Shown: positions 49,401 to 58,569, numbered from the stretch's first letter. The stretch is DNA of 64,000 bases from an uncultured Thermoplasmatales archaeon (GCA_964410735.1 CAYPIF010000104.1:2893-66892); one strand, 5' to 3'. Notes: generated by a model from the sequence alone, not told the origin. Numbers and translations are program-made.

Positions 49401-49512
49401 TCTTCCAATCCCTAAACTGATCAATGGGTTCCATGATAGTTCTGTACCCCTCAGAGATCAATTCAAACTTGACCTGCATCCGGTGAAAGAACCATATATC
49501 ATAAATGCATAG
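46474..49512 (+). CDS. secreted gingipain-like (C25, clan CD) cysteine peptidase fused to parallel beta-helix repeats
   Basis: Signal peptide. His/Cys dyad contexts LLFMICHGNAN and IFSCIACSSGSYD. The C-terminal region carries repeated NNxI/GIYI beta-helix units (IIKDNNIINNKNCGIYIE, NAIMYNNYGVYIQ, IQGNNYGFYLV, IENNYVGLFLQ). Confidence 0.75.
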   Translation: MKTKSLTIISLVILLVSNPVIFAISSSDDQPLDTGPLFMPLNKDEAINILHFKEGNTSYTSPLCTLNQTFTISQEEIQFIRGKDKIQIALANASLLNQPGLPLIPMKTLSFTLPKDIVVHDVEVNVISAQKSIQSISFQNAPYPQFYSINETPLHQHTDEIIEQSLALAHEQKVYPSATHSYTIGKNSTATQVIVHLFPICYQFNTKQTYIIDKGTITIRYEPEQQASTQATSDSAENIIITPPKFYFQAKKLQQFHTEQGVETEVVTTTWIQSNYEPSEYPPVIGYSDFTSKELMRKYDDELACKIISYLQTQSTNPNLRFITILGNAIHVPPSYYFGYSYYPVPTDFYYSSPDLDLIPNYRIGRIPVDTTLEAIRTVNKIINWNPTGTQMDNVAIAGGIPFNSPFFIGELITIDSVNQGLLDGLNVDKYYRTNERFENTDILSALQNEYGLLFMICHGNANVIVAEDGRISARDLLNMPRNDNAPIFSCIACSSGSYDTHIIKQGHSYDKTSFGEGIVISKGGGIAYIGGSRTNDGYPLLALNNGRVEVTKETYMAGLLTYVNQAYGNNVDHLGDLTFSAYETYLENNDLTDFWNQYHYFDFILLGDPALQLPDRSFQQPSYEHPISNAKDAVRTMSYVSSFYEYNGTICLQAIDEEITYESHSDSPFINLKQIETGNNDNMAIDLSTHPTQNNKALIDITSDAGGLYLLRFETKDGKEDWSYYQTARPVDDDFDSTTKGFGSTRWDSIQEAIDNAHEYDPIFVFDGIYNESISIDKPCSLEGETRSSTIIDGDGNDDVLYITSEGVMVKGFTIQHCGKNPWNAGVSIQPKRSLNQASIIIKDNNIINNKNCGIYIETGLQLLSPSISILQNAIMYNNYGVYIQQGPESKEFVSNTIQGNNYGFYLVGSSHDLIAANTIENNYVGLFLQDVKKSEIDSNNFIENTQHCQFTETRSTTFSYNFWDNWFGLRFKINLPIPKLINGFHDSSVPLRDQFKLDLHPVKEPYIINA

Positions 49513-49657
49513 CACTCACATTTTGACATATCTTTCATTGAACTTTCTGATTCGTCAATGTTAACCTGTATCGTTAAATCCTATCTCTATTGATTAATCA
49601 CAGAAGAAATCAGCAGAAACAATACATTTTTAAATCATGTTCAATTCGATTGATACC

Positions 49658-50114
49658 ATGATAGGGAAAAAAACGGTTTTTGTTCTGATCGTTTCTTGTT
49701 TGTTTTCTCCCTTTGGTCTCTGAAACACCAACAGAATGGCATAATATGCCTGCATCCAGAAAGGAAATTGGCGATATCTTTCAATTACGTTTCGAAATAA
49801 AATCAGATGTGACAACCAATTATACGATCACCATTAATCCAGGAGATGATTTCGAATCGGTCAATGGGAACAATAGTATGACAAAGGAGATACCTGTTGA
49901 TGCTACTCGAACATTTATCTTTGATATGAAACTCACTAACAATATTGAAGATGGAAAACACCCTATTCCATTCATAGCCTACAAGAACGGCACCCAATTT
50001 AAAACAGGGAACATCTATGTAAGAGCAGGAACCCAGACCCCTGGATTCGAGATTTCCATACGTCTCGTATCTGTTGCCATTATACTTTTCATTACGAAAA
50101 GACGAATGAGATAA
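49658..50114 (+). pseudogene. PGF-CTERM-type surface protein; signal peptide and mature domain in different frames
   Basis: The ATG at 49658 gives MIGKKTVFVLIVSCLFSPFGL, then a stop at 49721. The mature domain (track ORF 49713..50114, TTG start) is offset by +1 (49713-49658=55). The C-terminus TQTPGFEISIRLVSVAIILFITKRRMR matches the PGF + TM + basic-tail sorting signal. Confidence 0.5.
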
Positions 50115-50445
50115 AAAAAAACCCATAACCATCAATAAATCCCAATGACCATCTGTTCTCTTGATATCCCTTTATCTTTGAATTACTAACATTTAATTTT
50201 TTTGTTGACTTTATGATACAGAAAGGTATAATGACGAGAAGAAATCCATTACGGAAATCCCCTCGTCCCTCACTACCATCACCACTTCCCCATTCTCGGT
50301 ACTTTATTCTCGCACCATAGACCGTTATGTTTCACTATTTTTTATAATTTTTTAAATTTTTAAAATTGTGAATAATTATCATTATCTAGCCAAAAGCTTA
50401 TAGCTATTACTGTTACTTACATGATATCAAAAAGGCGTAGGGAAT

Positions 50446-50682
50446 ATGCGACAAATCGAAATGGTTTTTAAACTTGATTCTGAGGAACAAGCATCAATAA
50501 TTGATAGATCCTTACAGCCAGAGATGAAAAAAGATATCCCTAACACTACGATCAATCTCATTCGCGATAAAAACACACTCACACTTTCGATCAGCGCAAA
50601 GAACACAAGCGCATTACGAGCAGCATCAAACTCGTATATCAGATGGATACACACCGCTCTTACTGTAACTAATAGTGTTTAA
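50446..50682 (+). CDS. pcc1: KEOPS complex subunit Pcc1
   Basis: SLQPEMKKDIP...LTLSISAKNTSALRAASNSYIRWIHTAL matches the Pcc1/CTAG pattern. Confidence 0.7.
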   Translation: MRQIEMVFKLDSEEQASIIDRSLQPEMKKDIPNTTINLIRDKNTLTLSISAKNTSALRAASNSYIRWIHTALTVTNSV

Positions 50683-51941
50683 AGCATCAATGTTTCATTC
50701 CGCTCTGGACCAGTTGACACAACCCCAATTTTAACGTTAAGGTAGGATTCAATGAATTTTAGATACTCTTGCGCTTGTTTAGGAATATCATCAAATGTTT
50801 TTGGAACCGGAAACTCTGCCCATCCTTTGAATTCTCTGTATACTGGTTCACATTCAGAGACATCATCTATAGATGAAGGAAAATGATCGATGACCTTCCC
50901 GTTCAATCGATACCCCGTACATACCTTCACTGTTTCCAACCCATTAAGAACATCAAGTTTTGTGACTGCAAGTTTCGTGATACCTGAAAGAATTGCCGAA
51001 TGTTTAACAACCACAAGATCCAACCAACCACATCTCCGTGGCCGACTTGTTGTCGTACCAAACTCATGGCCCTTCGCCTGGAGATGATGCCCAATGTCAT
51101 CGAAGAGTTCAGATGGCATGGGCCCTTCACCGACTCTAGTGGTATATGCTTTCATGATACCAATGATTTCAGTGAGACGTCCTGGTGGAAACCCGGCACC
51201 AATAGCCACCCCTCCAGCGATAACATGTGACGAGGTCGTATATGGATACGTCCCATAATCAACATCAAGCATTGTTCCCTGCGCACCCTCAAATAAAATA
51301 TTCTTACCTTCTGTATATGCATCATGGAGGATCAGTTGGGTATCAGTGATATACTCCTTGAACTGTTTACCATACAAAATATATCGATGAAGAATCTCTT
51401 TTTTATCAAGTGTCTCATCAAAACCATACGCCTGTAAAATGCGTTGTTTGATCGGTAATATCTGATCAAGTCGTTTTGAAAGATTCTGTTTGTTTAAGAT
51501 ATCGCCCATCCGTATTCCATTACGACTTATCTTATCACTATAACATGGACCGATGCCTCTTTTTGTTGTGCCTATCTTCTTATCACCAAGATACCGCTCC
51601 TCAGCACCATCTAATAATTGATGATAGGGCATTATCAAATGAGCTCTATTGCTTATCAATAACTTTGGAACGATCCCTCTATCGGTCAGACCTTTGATCT
51701 CTTCGGAGAGGACCGCTGGGTCGATGACACAGCCATTCCCAATAATACCAATCTTCCCGGAGATAACACCAGATGGTATGATATGAAGTTTATACACCTC
51801 ATCCCCTATTTTAATGGTATGACCTGCGTTGTTCCCACCTTGAAAACGGACAACATACTCAGCATCCTTTGAAAAATAATCAACAATTTTACCTTTTCCT
51901 TCATCGCCCCATTGTGTACCGATAACAACCTTCACAGACAT
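50679..51941 (-). CDS. purA: adenylosuccinate synthetase
   Basis: MSVKVVIGTQWGDEGKGKIVD P-loop, GTTKRGIGP, GTTTSRPRRCGWLD. Start placed at Met23 of the track ORF. Confidence 0.92.
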   Translation of the reverse strand: MSVKVVIGTQWGDEGKGKIVDYFSKDAEYVVRFQGGNNAGHTIKIGDEVYKLHIIPSGVISGKIGIIGNGCVIDPAVLSEEIKGLTDRGIVPKLLISNRAHLIMPYHQLLDGAEERYLGDKKIGTTKRGIGPCYSDKISRNGIRMGDILNKQNLSKRLDQILPIKQRILQAYGFDETLDKKEILHRYILYGKQFKEYITDTQLILHDAYTEGKNILFEGAQGTMLDVDYGTYPYTTSSHVIAGGVAIGAGFPPGRLTEIIGIMKAYTTRVGEGPMPSELFDDIGHHLQAKGHEFGTTTSRPRRCGWLDLVVVKHSAILSGITKLAVTKLDVLNGLETVKVCTGYRLNGKVIDHFPSSIDDVSECEPVYREFKGWAEFPVPKTFDDIPKQAQEYLKFIESYLNVKIGVVSTGPERNETLML

Positions 51942-51990
51942 GGTGTACTCACGATTCAGGCAATGGAGAACCTGTAAATAAAGATGTTTA

Positions 51991-52410
51991 TCAGGGGCTC
52001 CTTTCAAATGATATCTCTATTTTAGGGGGTTCATCTAAATGCCGTTTGACCGTACAAAGACTCGCTGCCTTTAGCACAGCACCCTCGTATTTCTTAGGAA
52101 AATCTTTGGGGGCCTTTATGACAATCGCAATTGATTCAATAAGCCCCCCATCATTCCATTCTGGCCTCAATGTCAACGTCAATCCTTCAGTTGGGATCTT
52201 CCGTTGTTCACAGAACCTGAGGACATAGATGCCCGTGCATGTTCCTATTGATGATAAAAACAAAGCGAAAGGCTCGGGGGCACTACCAGTACCACCATCA
52301 TTGACCGGTTGGTCCGTTTGTACGACAAAACCATCAAAACTTGCATTTACTTTTTTTCCACCGGGAAACGAGATTGTCATATCCATAGTATTTCTCATGT
52401 TTCGCAACAT
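51991..52410 (-). CDS. OsmC-family protein
   Basis: TDQPVNDGGTGSAPEPFALFLSSIGTCTG and ASLCTV Cys motifs. The start is uncertain (several Met between 52380 and 52410). Confidence 0.75.
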   Translation of the reverse strand: MLRNMRNTMDMTISFPGGKKVNASFDGFVVQTDQPVNDGGTGSAPEPFALFLSSIGTCTGIYVLRFCEQRKIPTEGLTLTLRPEWNDGGLIESIAIVIKAPKDFPKKYEGAVLKAASLCTVKRHLDEPPKIEISFERSP

Positions 52411-52476
52411 ATTTTCTCTTATTAACCATTTTGCAGAAAAGGTTAATAATGACTGTAGATGTATCCATTTTAAATC

Positions 52477-53637
52477 ATGGTTAACCCTTTTACGAGAAAA
52501 AAAGAGCCCTATGAGATACAATTAACTTCTGAGGATATTGAGCTTGTAAAAGGAGAGGTTGGTAAACATTTTCCCTTTTATGATTTCCGAATACAGAATA
52601 TCGCCATGGTCTTTTTTTGTTCGATTGACCCAGTAGCCTTGGAGACTGAATTCGAATCGCTTCGGCAAATCCTTTCAGAAAAAGGGTTTATCCCATTTCT
52701 CCGCAAGGAACATGGTGAATATCTTTTATATGTGACAAAAAAACCACAGCATAAGGAAAAATCAGTCTGGGTTAACATAGCTTTGCTCATTGCAACAATC
52801 ATAACCACGGTCCTAACAGGTGCCTTATTGGATATCAGTATGGGTTCCTCAATAACATATCAAGATATTCAATCCCTTCCTACCATTCTCATGCTTTTTG
52901 AACCAAGTCATCTCATCAACGGCGCAGTGTTCTTCTCTTTTCCCTTGATGAGCATCCTGTTTATCCATGAAATGGGCCATTACTATATCTCAAAAAGACA
53001 TCATCTTAAGACATCTTTACCTTTCTTTATTCCTATCCCACCGATACTCCCTGGTTTCAACATTGGGACATTTGGAGCATTGATCTCAAGCCATGACCCG
53101 ATGCCTGATAAGAAAGCATTGTTTGATGTTGGTATCGCAGGACCACTTGCAGGTTTCATCGTTGCAATACCTGTAACCATACTCGGACTCATCACATCTA
53201 ATACCATACCCATTGAAAGTCTTGGCACCGGGGATACTGTTCTTGGTAGTTCATTATTATTTGTTCTTTTATCAAATATTTTTGTCCCTGTTCAACAAGG
53301 TTTTGCCCTTGATCTGAACCCTATTGCTTTTGCAGGATGGATCGGACTTCTCATCACCTCGATTAATCTTTTACCTGCAGGTCAACTTGATGGAGGTCAC
53401 ATCTTCAGGGCAGTGCTTGGTGATAAACAAAAATATGCCGCTTGGATCGCGGTTTTCGTCATGATATTCACCGGCTGGATCTTTTTTGCTCTCCTTGTCA
53501 TGTTCCTTATTGGTACCATGCATCCACCACCATTGAATGATAACACAGAGATTGATCTAGGCCGTAAGCTTTTGTTTCTTGTTGCCGTTACTATCCTAAT
53601 CCTCTGTTTTATCCCTGATCCCATATATATCCTTTAA
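52477..53637 (+). CDS. site-2 protease family (M50) intramembrane metalloprotease
   Basis: HEMGHYY (HExxH) and NLLPAGQLDGGH motifs. Polytopic. Confidence 0.85.
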   Translation: MVNPFTRKKEPYEIQLTSEDIELVKGEVGKHFPFYDFRIQNIAMVFFCSIDPVALETEFESLRQILSEKGFIPFLRKEHGEYLLYVTKKPQHKEKSVWVNIALLIATIITTVLTGALLDISMGSSITYQDIQSLPTILMLFEPSHLINGAVFFSFPLMSILFIHEMGHYYISKRHHLKTSLPFFIPIPPILPGFNIGTFGALISSHDPMPDKKALFDVGIAGPLAGFIVAIPVTILGLITSNTIPIESLGTGDTVLGSSLLFVLLSNIFVPVQQGFALDLNPIAFAGWIGLLITSINLLPAGQLDGGHIFRAVLGDKQKYAAWIAVFVMIFTGWIFFALLVMFLIGTMHPPPLNDNTEIDLGRKLLFLVAVTILILCFIPDPIYIL

Positions 53638-53704
53638 AAAAAATTGGTCAACGTATCGCAATGTTTAAGAAATATGATTCATTCACCATGATTACGTGAC
53701 AACT

Positions 53705-53929
53705 ATGAAAACATATCTTAAAATCCTCTTCAGCAGTGAAGGTGACTCGCCCTCCGAAGTTAAAGACCTGCTACTTAACATGGGGTTCATGGCAACAAAG
53801 GGTAACTATGATTTCGTTTATGAATGGGCTGAGGAATCAGCTGAAGTTGATGAACTTGTATGGTTTGCAGATAAGGTCCATTCAGCACTTCGAAAGAGTC
53901 ATGTTCTCTTTGAAATAGAAACTATCTAA
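53705..53929 (+). CDS. small hypothetical protein (74 aa)
   Basis: ORF with an ATG at 53705. No recognised motif. Confidence 0.35.
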   Translation: MKTYLKILFSSEGDSPSEVKDLLLNMGFMATKGNYDFVYEWAEESAEVDELVWFADKVHSALRKSHVLFEIETI

Positions 53930-53949
53930 AAAAAGAGAATACCGCTCGA

Positions 53950-54648
53950 TCACTTTTCTTTTTTTTGCTCTAATCTTTGAGCAGCGGTTCGTATCACACC
54001 CATAAGGGTATGATACTCCCATTTTGATGGCAAGGAACGGCTGATCATCCGTCTGAACATGACCTTGGTCTTTTCTTTTTTATGTTCAGGATAGTTTATG
54101 ACATCTAGTAATTTTTTAAATGCATCAAATAAGTGTTCTTTTTCAACATGGCCAAGATTCCGTCTTTTCACCGGCAGTTCCGTACGTTCTAGATATAACT
54201 GGTATAAAACAACCCCTACTGCATGTGATAGATTCATTGAATGGTATCGGTCACTTGCTGGTATCTTTACCATAAGGTCAGAGACTGCTATTTCCTCATT
54301 GAACAAACCATAATCTTCACGACCGAAAAGCAATCCGACCTTGCCCTCAATGGAATGTATCTGTTTTGAGAATTCAGGAAGAAAAACAGGGTTTCTCAAA
54401 TGTTTCTTTTCAGATTCCGTGTCAATGGAGGATGTTGCGACCAAGAAATCAAGGTCTTTTGTTGCATCTTTAAATGAAGAGAAGATCCTCGCGTTATCAA
54501 GGAGAGATGATGCATGCATGGAACGTGCGTAACATTCATCATCGAGTGGACAGGGGTTCACAAGATAAAGGATCTCAACATCAAAATTCATCATGACACG
54601 AGCGACCGCACCGACGTTTCCACCATATTTCGGTTCAACAAGGACCAC
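53950..54648 (-). CDS. SpoU/TrmH-family (SPOUT) RNA 2'-O-methyltransferase, TrmJ-like
   Basis: LVEPKYGGNVGAVARVMMNFD, LLFGREDYGL, IPASDRYHSMNLSHAVGVVLY. Confidence 0.8.
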   Translation of the reverse strand: MVLVEPKYGGNVGAVARVMMNFDVEILYLVNPCPLDDECYARSMHASSLLDNARIFSSFKDATKDLDFLVATSSIDTESEKKHLRNPVFLPEFSKQIHSIEGKVGLLFGREDYGLFNEEIAVSDLMVKIPASDRYHSMNLSHAVGVVLYQLYLERTELPVKRRNLGHVEKEHLFDAFKKLLDVINYPEHKKEKTKVMFRRMISRSLPSKWEYHTLMGVIRTAAQRLEQKKEK

Positions 54649-54714
54649 GACAAATTCTGGGATACCTTAACACCATCCATGAAAAATTCATTAAGATTGA
54701 TACCTATAGTACGT

Positions 54715-55095
54715 TTATTTTATCTTAAGGTTCTTCTCTTTCTCCGAGAGCATATCTCGATATTTGGATGGTAGGTGACGTGCAGCATCCTGCAGTTCCC
54801 CATGGCGTTTCATGAACTCCGATCGTTTGTTTGTCTCGATCTCAGTTAAGAGAAACTTCTTGTTCTTAAGGAATGTATACAGATACCAGACACCTGTAAG
54901 CAGCACTATAAATCCTACAACGAGAACATAAAGGCCCCAATCTAATAGTGTGGAGAGCCTAAGAGCATCTGTTAAGAATTCGATGTTAAATGTCATTGCC
55001 AATCCCGGTACTAATACTATGAGACCAACAATCGTAGTTAGGATGCTCAAAATAAAAATATTTTCTCGTATCATGTTTCCTATTTTTCCGCTCAT
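54715..55095 (-). CDS. two/three-TM membrane protein, unknown function
   Basis: Hydrophobic segments IFILSILTTIVGLIVLVPGLA and LYVLVVGFIVLLTGVWYLY, plus a charged C-terminal tail. Confidence 0.5.
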   Translation of the reverse strand: MSGKIGNMIRENIFILSILTTIVGLIVLVPGLAMTFNIEFLTDALRLSTLLDWGLYVLVVGFIVLLTGVWYLYTFLKNKKFLLTEIETNKRSEFMKRHGELQDAARHLPSKYRDMLSEKEKNLKIK

Positions 55096-55115
55096 ATGTA
55101 TTTCTCCATATTCAT

Positions 55116-56540
55116 TTAATATGATCTAGCAAATCTCATCCATTGGACCGCAGGTGAACCGCAGATAGGACAGGTATGTTGTTTCACGGTCTCATCAAAT
55201 TCCAATGGTTCTCCTAATGTATTTCCTTCAAGTATCTTTTCAACTTCAAGAGCACAATCATCTCTTCCACACCATGGTAACATGATAACGCCTTTCAATG
55301 TCTTTGCCGTTTCGATATCGGTCACTCGATGGGTGTTCTCAGTAAGAATCTTTTGTGCTTTGTCATATAACCTATCAGCTAGGTCATCTAATGCTTTTGT
55401 TACCTGAACCTCGATATCTGAGAGTGAAATGGTCATTTTATCACCGGTGTCTCTTGGGACAACAACGATCTGATTGTTCTGAACATCCCGTGGGCCTATT
55501 TCAACGCGTAATGGGATACCTTTTAGTTCCCATTCATAGTATTTGTTCCCTGGTGTGATGTCTCTTTTATCAACCATGACCCTGAGATTATGACTTCTGA
55601 GTATCTCTGCAACGGTCTCAGATGTTTGAAGTACCATCTCTTCTTTTCCTTTAAAGATGATGGGTATGATAACGATTTGAGTAGGAGAAACTGCTGGAGG
55701 GAGCACAAGTCCTTTGTTGTCTCCATGAACACCGACAACTGCACCAAGTAATCGTTCACTCATCCCATAGGTTGTCTGATGACAATATTTATGACCACCA
55801 TCCTCAGCCTCATACGTTATCTCATAAGGTTTTGCAAAATTATCCTTGTATTGGTGGATAGAGCCAAGTTGAAGTGTTCTATTTGATGGCATGAGCACAT
55901 CGATGCTAATAGTATAGAAAGCACCAGCAAATTTATCCCATTCAGGTCGTTTGTTGAAGATATATGGTAAGCAGAGCTGTTTGAGAAGAGTGTCTGCGAT
56001 CTCCTTATCTTCTTTTACCTGACGTTCTGCATCGTTAAAATCAACATGGCAGGTATGGGCCTCAAAGAAATGGATTTCTCGTACACGAATGAATGCACGG
56101 GTCTGTTTTGTTTCATATCGGAATGTGTTGACGATTTGAAATGTTTTCAATGGGAGGTCAGCATGTGATCGTATCCAAAGAGAAAAAATTGGGTACATCG
56201 CCGTTTCAGAGGTAGGTCTTAGGAGCCAGCGTTCCTCGAGTTGATTATGTCCTGCGTGGGTGATCCAATATACCTCACTACCGAATCCTTCGATGTGGTC
56301 TGCCTCCTTTTGAAAGAGTGTTTCTGGAATGCAAAGAGGAAAACAGACCTCTTGGTGATCTGATCGTTCCATCTCTTTTCGTATGAGATTATCCACATGT
56401 CTCATTAGTTTCCAGCCATATGGACGCCAGACATTCATACCTTTGATGGGGTAGCGTTTATCACAAAGATCAGCGAGTTCCACGATCTCATTGTACCATT
56501 CATTGAAATCTTCGTCTTTTTTAACCTTAGTCTCCGGCAT
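55116..56540 (-). CDS. proS: prolyl-tRNA synthetase (archaeal/eukaryal type)
   Basis: Class II aaRS motifs (FRYETKQTRAFIRVREIHFFEAH, GMSERLLGAVV). Anticodon-binding and C-terminal Cys domain (CPICG), ending in Tyr. Confidence 0.92.
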   Translation of the reverse strand: MPETKVKKDEDFNEWYNEIVELADLCDKRYPIKGMNVWRPYGWKLMRHVDNLIRKEMERSDHQEVCFPLCIPETLFQKEADHIEGFGSEVYWITHAGHNQLEERWLLRPTSETAMYPIFSLWIRSHADLPLKTFQIVNTFRYETKQTRAFIRVREIHFFEAHTCHVDFNDAERQVKEDKEIADTLLKQLCLPYIFNKRPEWDKFAGAFYTISIDVLMPSNRTLQLGSIHQYKDNFAKPYEITYEAEDGGHKYCHQTTYGMSERLLGAVVGVHGDNKGLVLPPAVSPTQIVIIPIIFKGKEEMVLQTSETVAEILRSHNLRVMVDKRDITPGNKYYEWELKGIPLRVEIGPRDVQNNQIVVVPRDTGDKMTISLSDIEVQVTKALDDLADRLYDKAQKILTENTHRVTDIETAKTLKGVIMLPWCGRDDCALEVEKILEGNTLGEPLEFDETVKQHTCPICGSPAVQWMRFARSY

Positions 56541-56615
56541 ACTGATTCAACCTAGAAAACGGAAAAGTAAATGTCCTCTTAAATATGACGGTTTAAAACA
56601 CAAAAAAATTGGCGA

Positions 56616-56765
56616 TTAGACGCCTCGCCCTTCCTTAGCCTTTGGTCTAAGCTCGGTTGATCTACAGTGTCGACATCGTTTTGCTCGTATTGGGTTTGTA
56701 GCACCGCATTTCATGCAAATCTTTTTACTTAACAGACGTTGTTCAGCTTCTGGGAATTTTGCCAT
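56616..56765 (-). CDS. rpl40e: 50S ribosomal protein L40e
   Basis: Hand translation gives [49 protein letters not shown]. Below the ORF-track cutoff. Confidence 0.85.
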   Translation of the reverse strand: MAKFPEAEQRLLSKKICMKCGATNPIRAKRCRHCRSTELRPKAKEGRGV

Positions 56766-57161
56766 ATGACTACCGCCTTGTTGCTGTATCGGTATAAACC
56801 GTCTCTATATAAATGTAATTATCTGTTGGTCTTCTAAGCAAATCGTATTTGAACTAAACCAACTTCTTTGATTTTGCCAGCTCACTAAACATTTCTTTTG
56901 AACAAATCATCGTTATTAAATAATATGAAATAATATTGCCAATCATGGATCCAACGTATCTTCTTGGTGGCATTCTATTGATTATTGTAATCGCAGCTGG
57001 CATGGGTGCAGCATTATGGTATCTTTTTAAAAGACCAAAGATATAGTGCTCATTTACGCCTGTGCCATACTAGTTATTTGACTTTTGGAAAATGAATTTG
57101 TGAAAAGAATAGAAATCTTCATAATACATGAAATTGTTGCAACCCACCTGTGAATACAACA

Positions 57162-58022
57162 ATGAAGGGGAGGATACAATGTCCTCACTGTGGAAAGGAT
57201 TTTATCGCCATTGAAAAAGATGGCCATATAAAAGAAATCCAAAAATGTCCCAATTGCGGTAAGAAGATATCACTAAAGAGAAAAAATAAAAATGATGAGA
57301 ATTGTGAGAAAACATCATCTGATAACTACGAGGAATGTAACTGGGAGGAACATGGTGAGCCCCGTAAAACCATCCTTTCATCATTTAAACCAAGGACCGA
57401 CAAACCAATGCTCGCATCCCTTCTTCTATTAACCGTTGTTATAATAGGAATATCATCTGCTATTTTTCCTGAGGCCTATCTCCAAACACCTCTTGATGTT
57501 CTCTCTGCTACAGGATCAACTGGAGCAATAACACTCTTTGTGCAAGATCAAGATGGAACAAATATGGATAATATTCTTGTATGGGTTGATCCATTATTCA
57601 AAAATTCGACCAATACTTCAGGATTCGTAACCTTGGAAAACCTATCACTAGGAAAGCAACATCTGTTTATATCAATTAATGGAACAGTAACCTCTGAAGC
57701 CAAAGAGATATTTATCTTACCATTTCATACAGAGACAACCATAACCGTTATGCAAGATTCGACCTCATTAAAGATACAGGAACAATTAACAGACCTTGTT
57801 TGGTGTTCCAGCATCGTCATCATTCTCTCAATAGCAACAATATTCGGTTTCATCGCATCATGGAAACGACAGCATTTCGACGCAGCGGTCATTGGTAGTA
57901 TCGTTGGCATCTTCACCATTGGTTTCTATTTCATAGGATCTATTCTTAGCATTATTGCAATAATACTCCTATTACTATCAAAAGAAGAGTTTGACGATGG
58001 AAAAAAAGGAAAAAGCTTCTAG
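57162..58022 (+). CDS. zinc-ribbon membrane protein with extracytoplasmic beta-sandwich-like domain
   Basis: CPHCG...CPNCG ribbon, a TM helix, a GAITLFVQDQDGTNMDNILVWVD...NTSGFVTLENL segment (carboxypeptidase-regulatory-like), then two TM helices. Confidence 0.6.
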   Translation: MKGRIQCPHCGKDFIAIEKDGHIKEIQKCPNCGKKISLKRKNKNDENCEKTSSDNYEECNWEEHGEPRKTILSSFKPRTDKPMLASLLLLTVVIIGISSAIFPEAYLQTPLDVLSATGSTGAITLFVQDQDGTNMDNILVWVDPLFKNSTNTSGFVTLENLSLGKQHLFISINGTVTSEAKEIFILPFHTETTITVMQDSTSLKIQEQLTDLVWCSSIVIILSIATIFGFIASWKRQHFDAAVIGSIVGIFTIGFYFIGSILSIIAIILLLLSKEEFDDGKKGKSF

Positions 58023-58563
58023 GTTCATCTTATTCGTATTCTCTCTCTCTTTCCTCTGGAGTATGTTATTGATACTCTCACCGTTGGCACTTCCCACCAA
58101 CACTGTCCAAGATCTTTCAGGTCAGACCGCGGTAATCGATAACAAATACATAACCGATACGCTGCCTTTTCCGATAAATGGCGTATACGCAATAGGTGAT
58201 AGACTCTGTCATCAACGAGCGGATAGATCTTTTTTCATCAATGAGAATCAAACGCCATTCTGTAGCCGTTGTATCGCCATATTTTTTGGGATTTCGATCG
58301 GACTTCTCATCATTTCTCTCCTAAAGATACCGCTTGATGAACGGTTTATCTTTATCATAATTCTAAGCATGGTACCCATTGGAATCGATGGGCTTGGACA
58401 ACTATTCGGTTTTTGGGAGAGTACAAACCTCATCAGAGTAATAACAGGGTTAATTATTGGTATAACCTCCGGATTCGCTGTTGGCGTCATTATTGACGAA
58501 GCAGTAAGCTGGTTAAAAACGAAAAAGGTTAATAAAAGAATATATTTACCGTATAAACGGTGA
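57997..58563 (+). CDS. DUF2085 membrane protein
   Basis: GDRLCHQRADRSF...PFCSRC motif with four TM helices. Overlaps the upstream gene by 26 nt. Confidence 0.7.
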   Translation: MEKKEKASRFILFVFSLSFLWSMLLILSPLALPTNTVQDLSGQTAVIDNKYITDTLPFPINGVYAIGDRLCHQRADRSFFINENQTPFCSRCIAIFFGISIGLLIISLLKIPLDERFIFIIILSMVPIGIDGLGQLFGFWESTNLIRVITGLIIGITSGFAVGVIIDEAVSWLKTKKVNKRIYLPYKR

Positions 58564-58569
58564 TATTTG

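Noticed and set aside
50205-50340. Possible third, degenerate copy of the 147-nt repeat (CU-rich ...TCCCTCACTACCATCACCACTTCCCC...) upstream of pcc1
   Set aside because: The similarity is patchy and largely low-complexity pyrimidine tracts. The GCCAGC/GCTGGC stem, the GGGTGCA hairpin and the AATACTTTCAAT block are all absent. This needs a proper alignment or covariance-model search.
56945-57046. 33-aa single-TM micro-ORF MDPTYLLGGILLIIVIAAGMGAALWYLFKRPKI
   Set aside because: It is plausible, but there is no supporting context or conservation I can assess. I did not list it as a feature.
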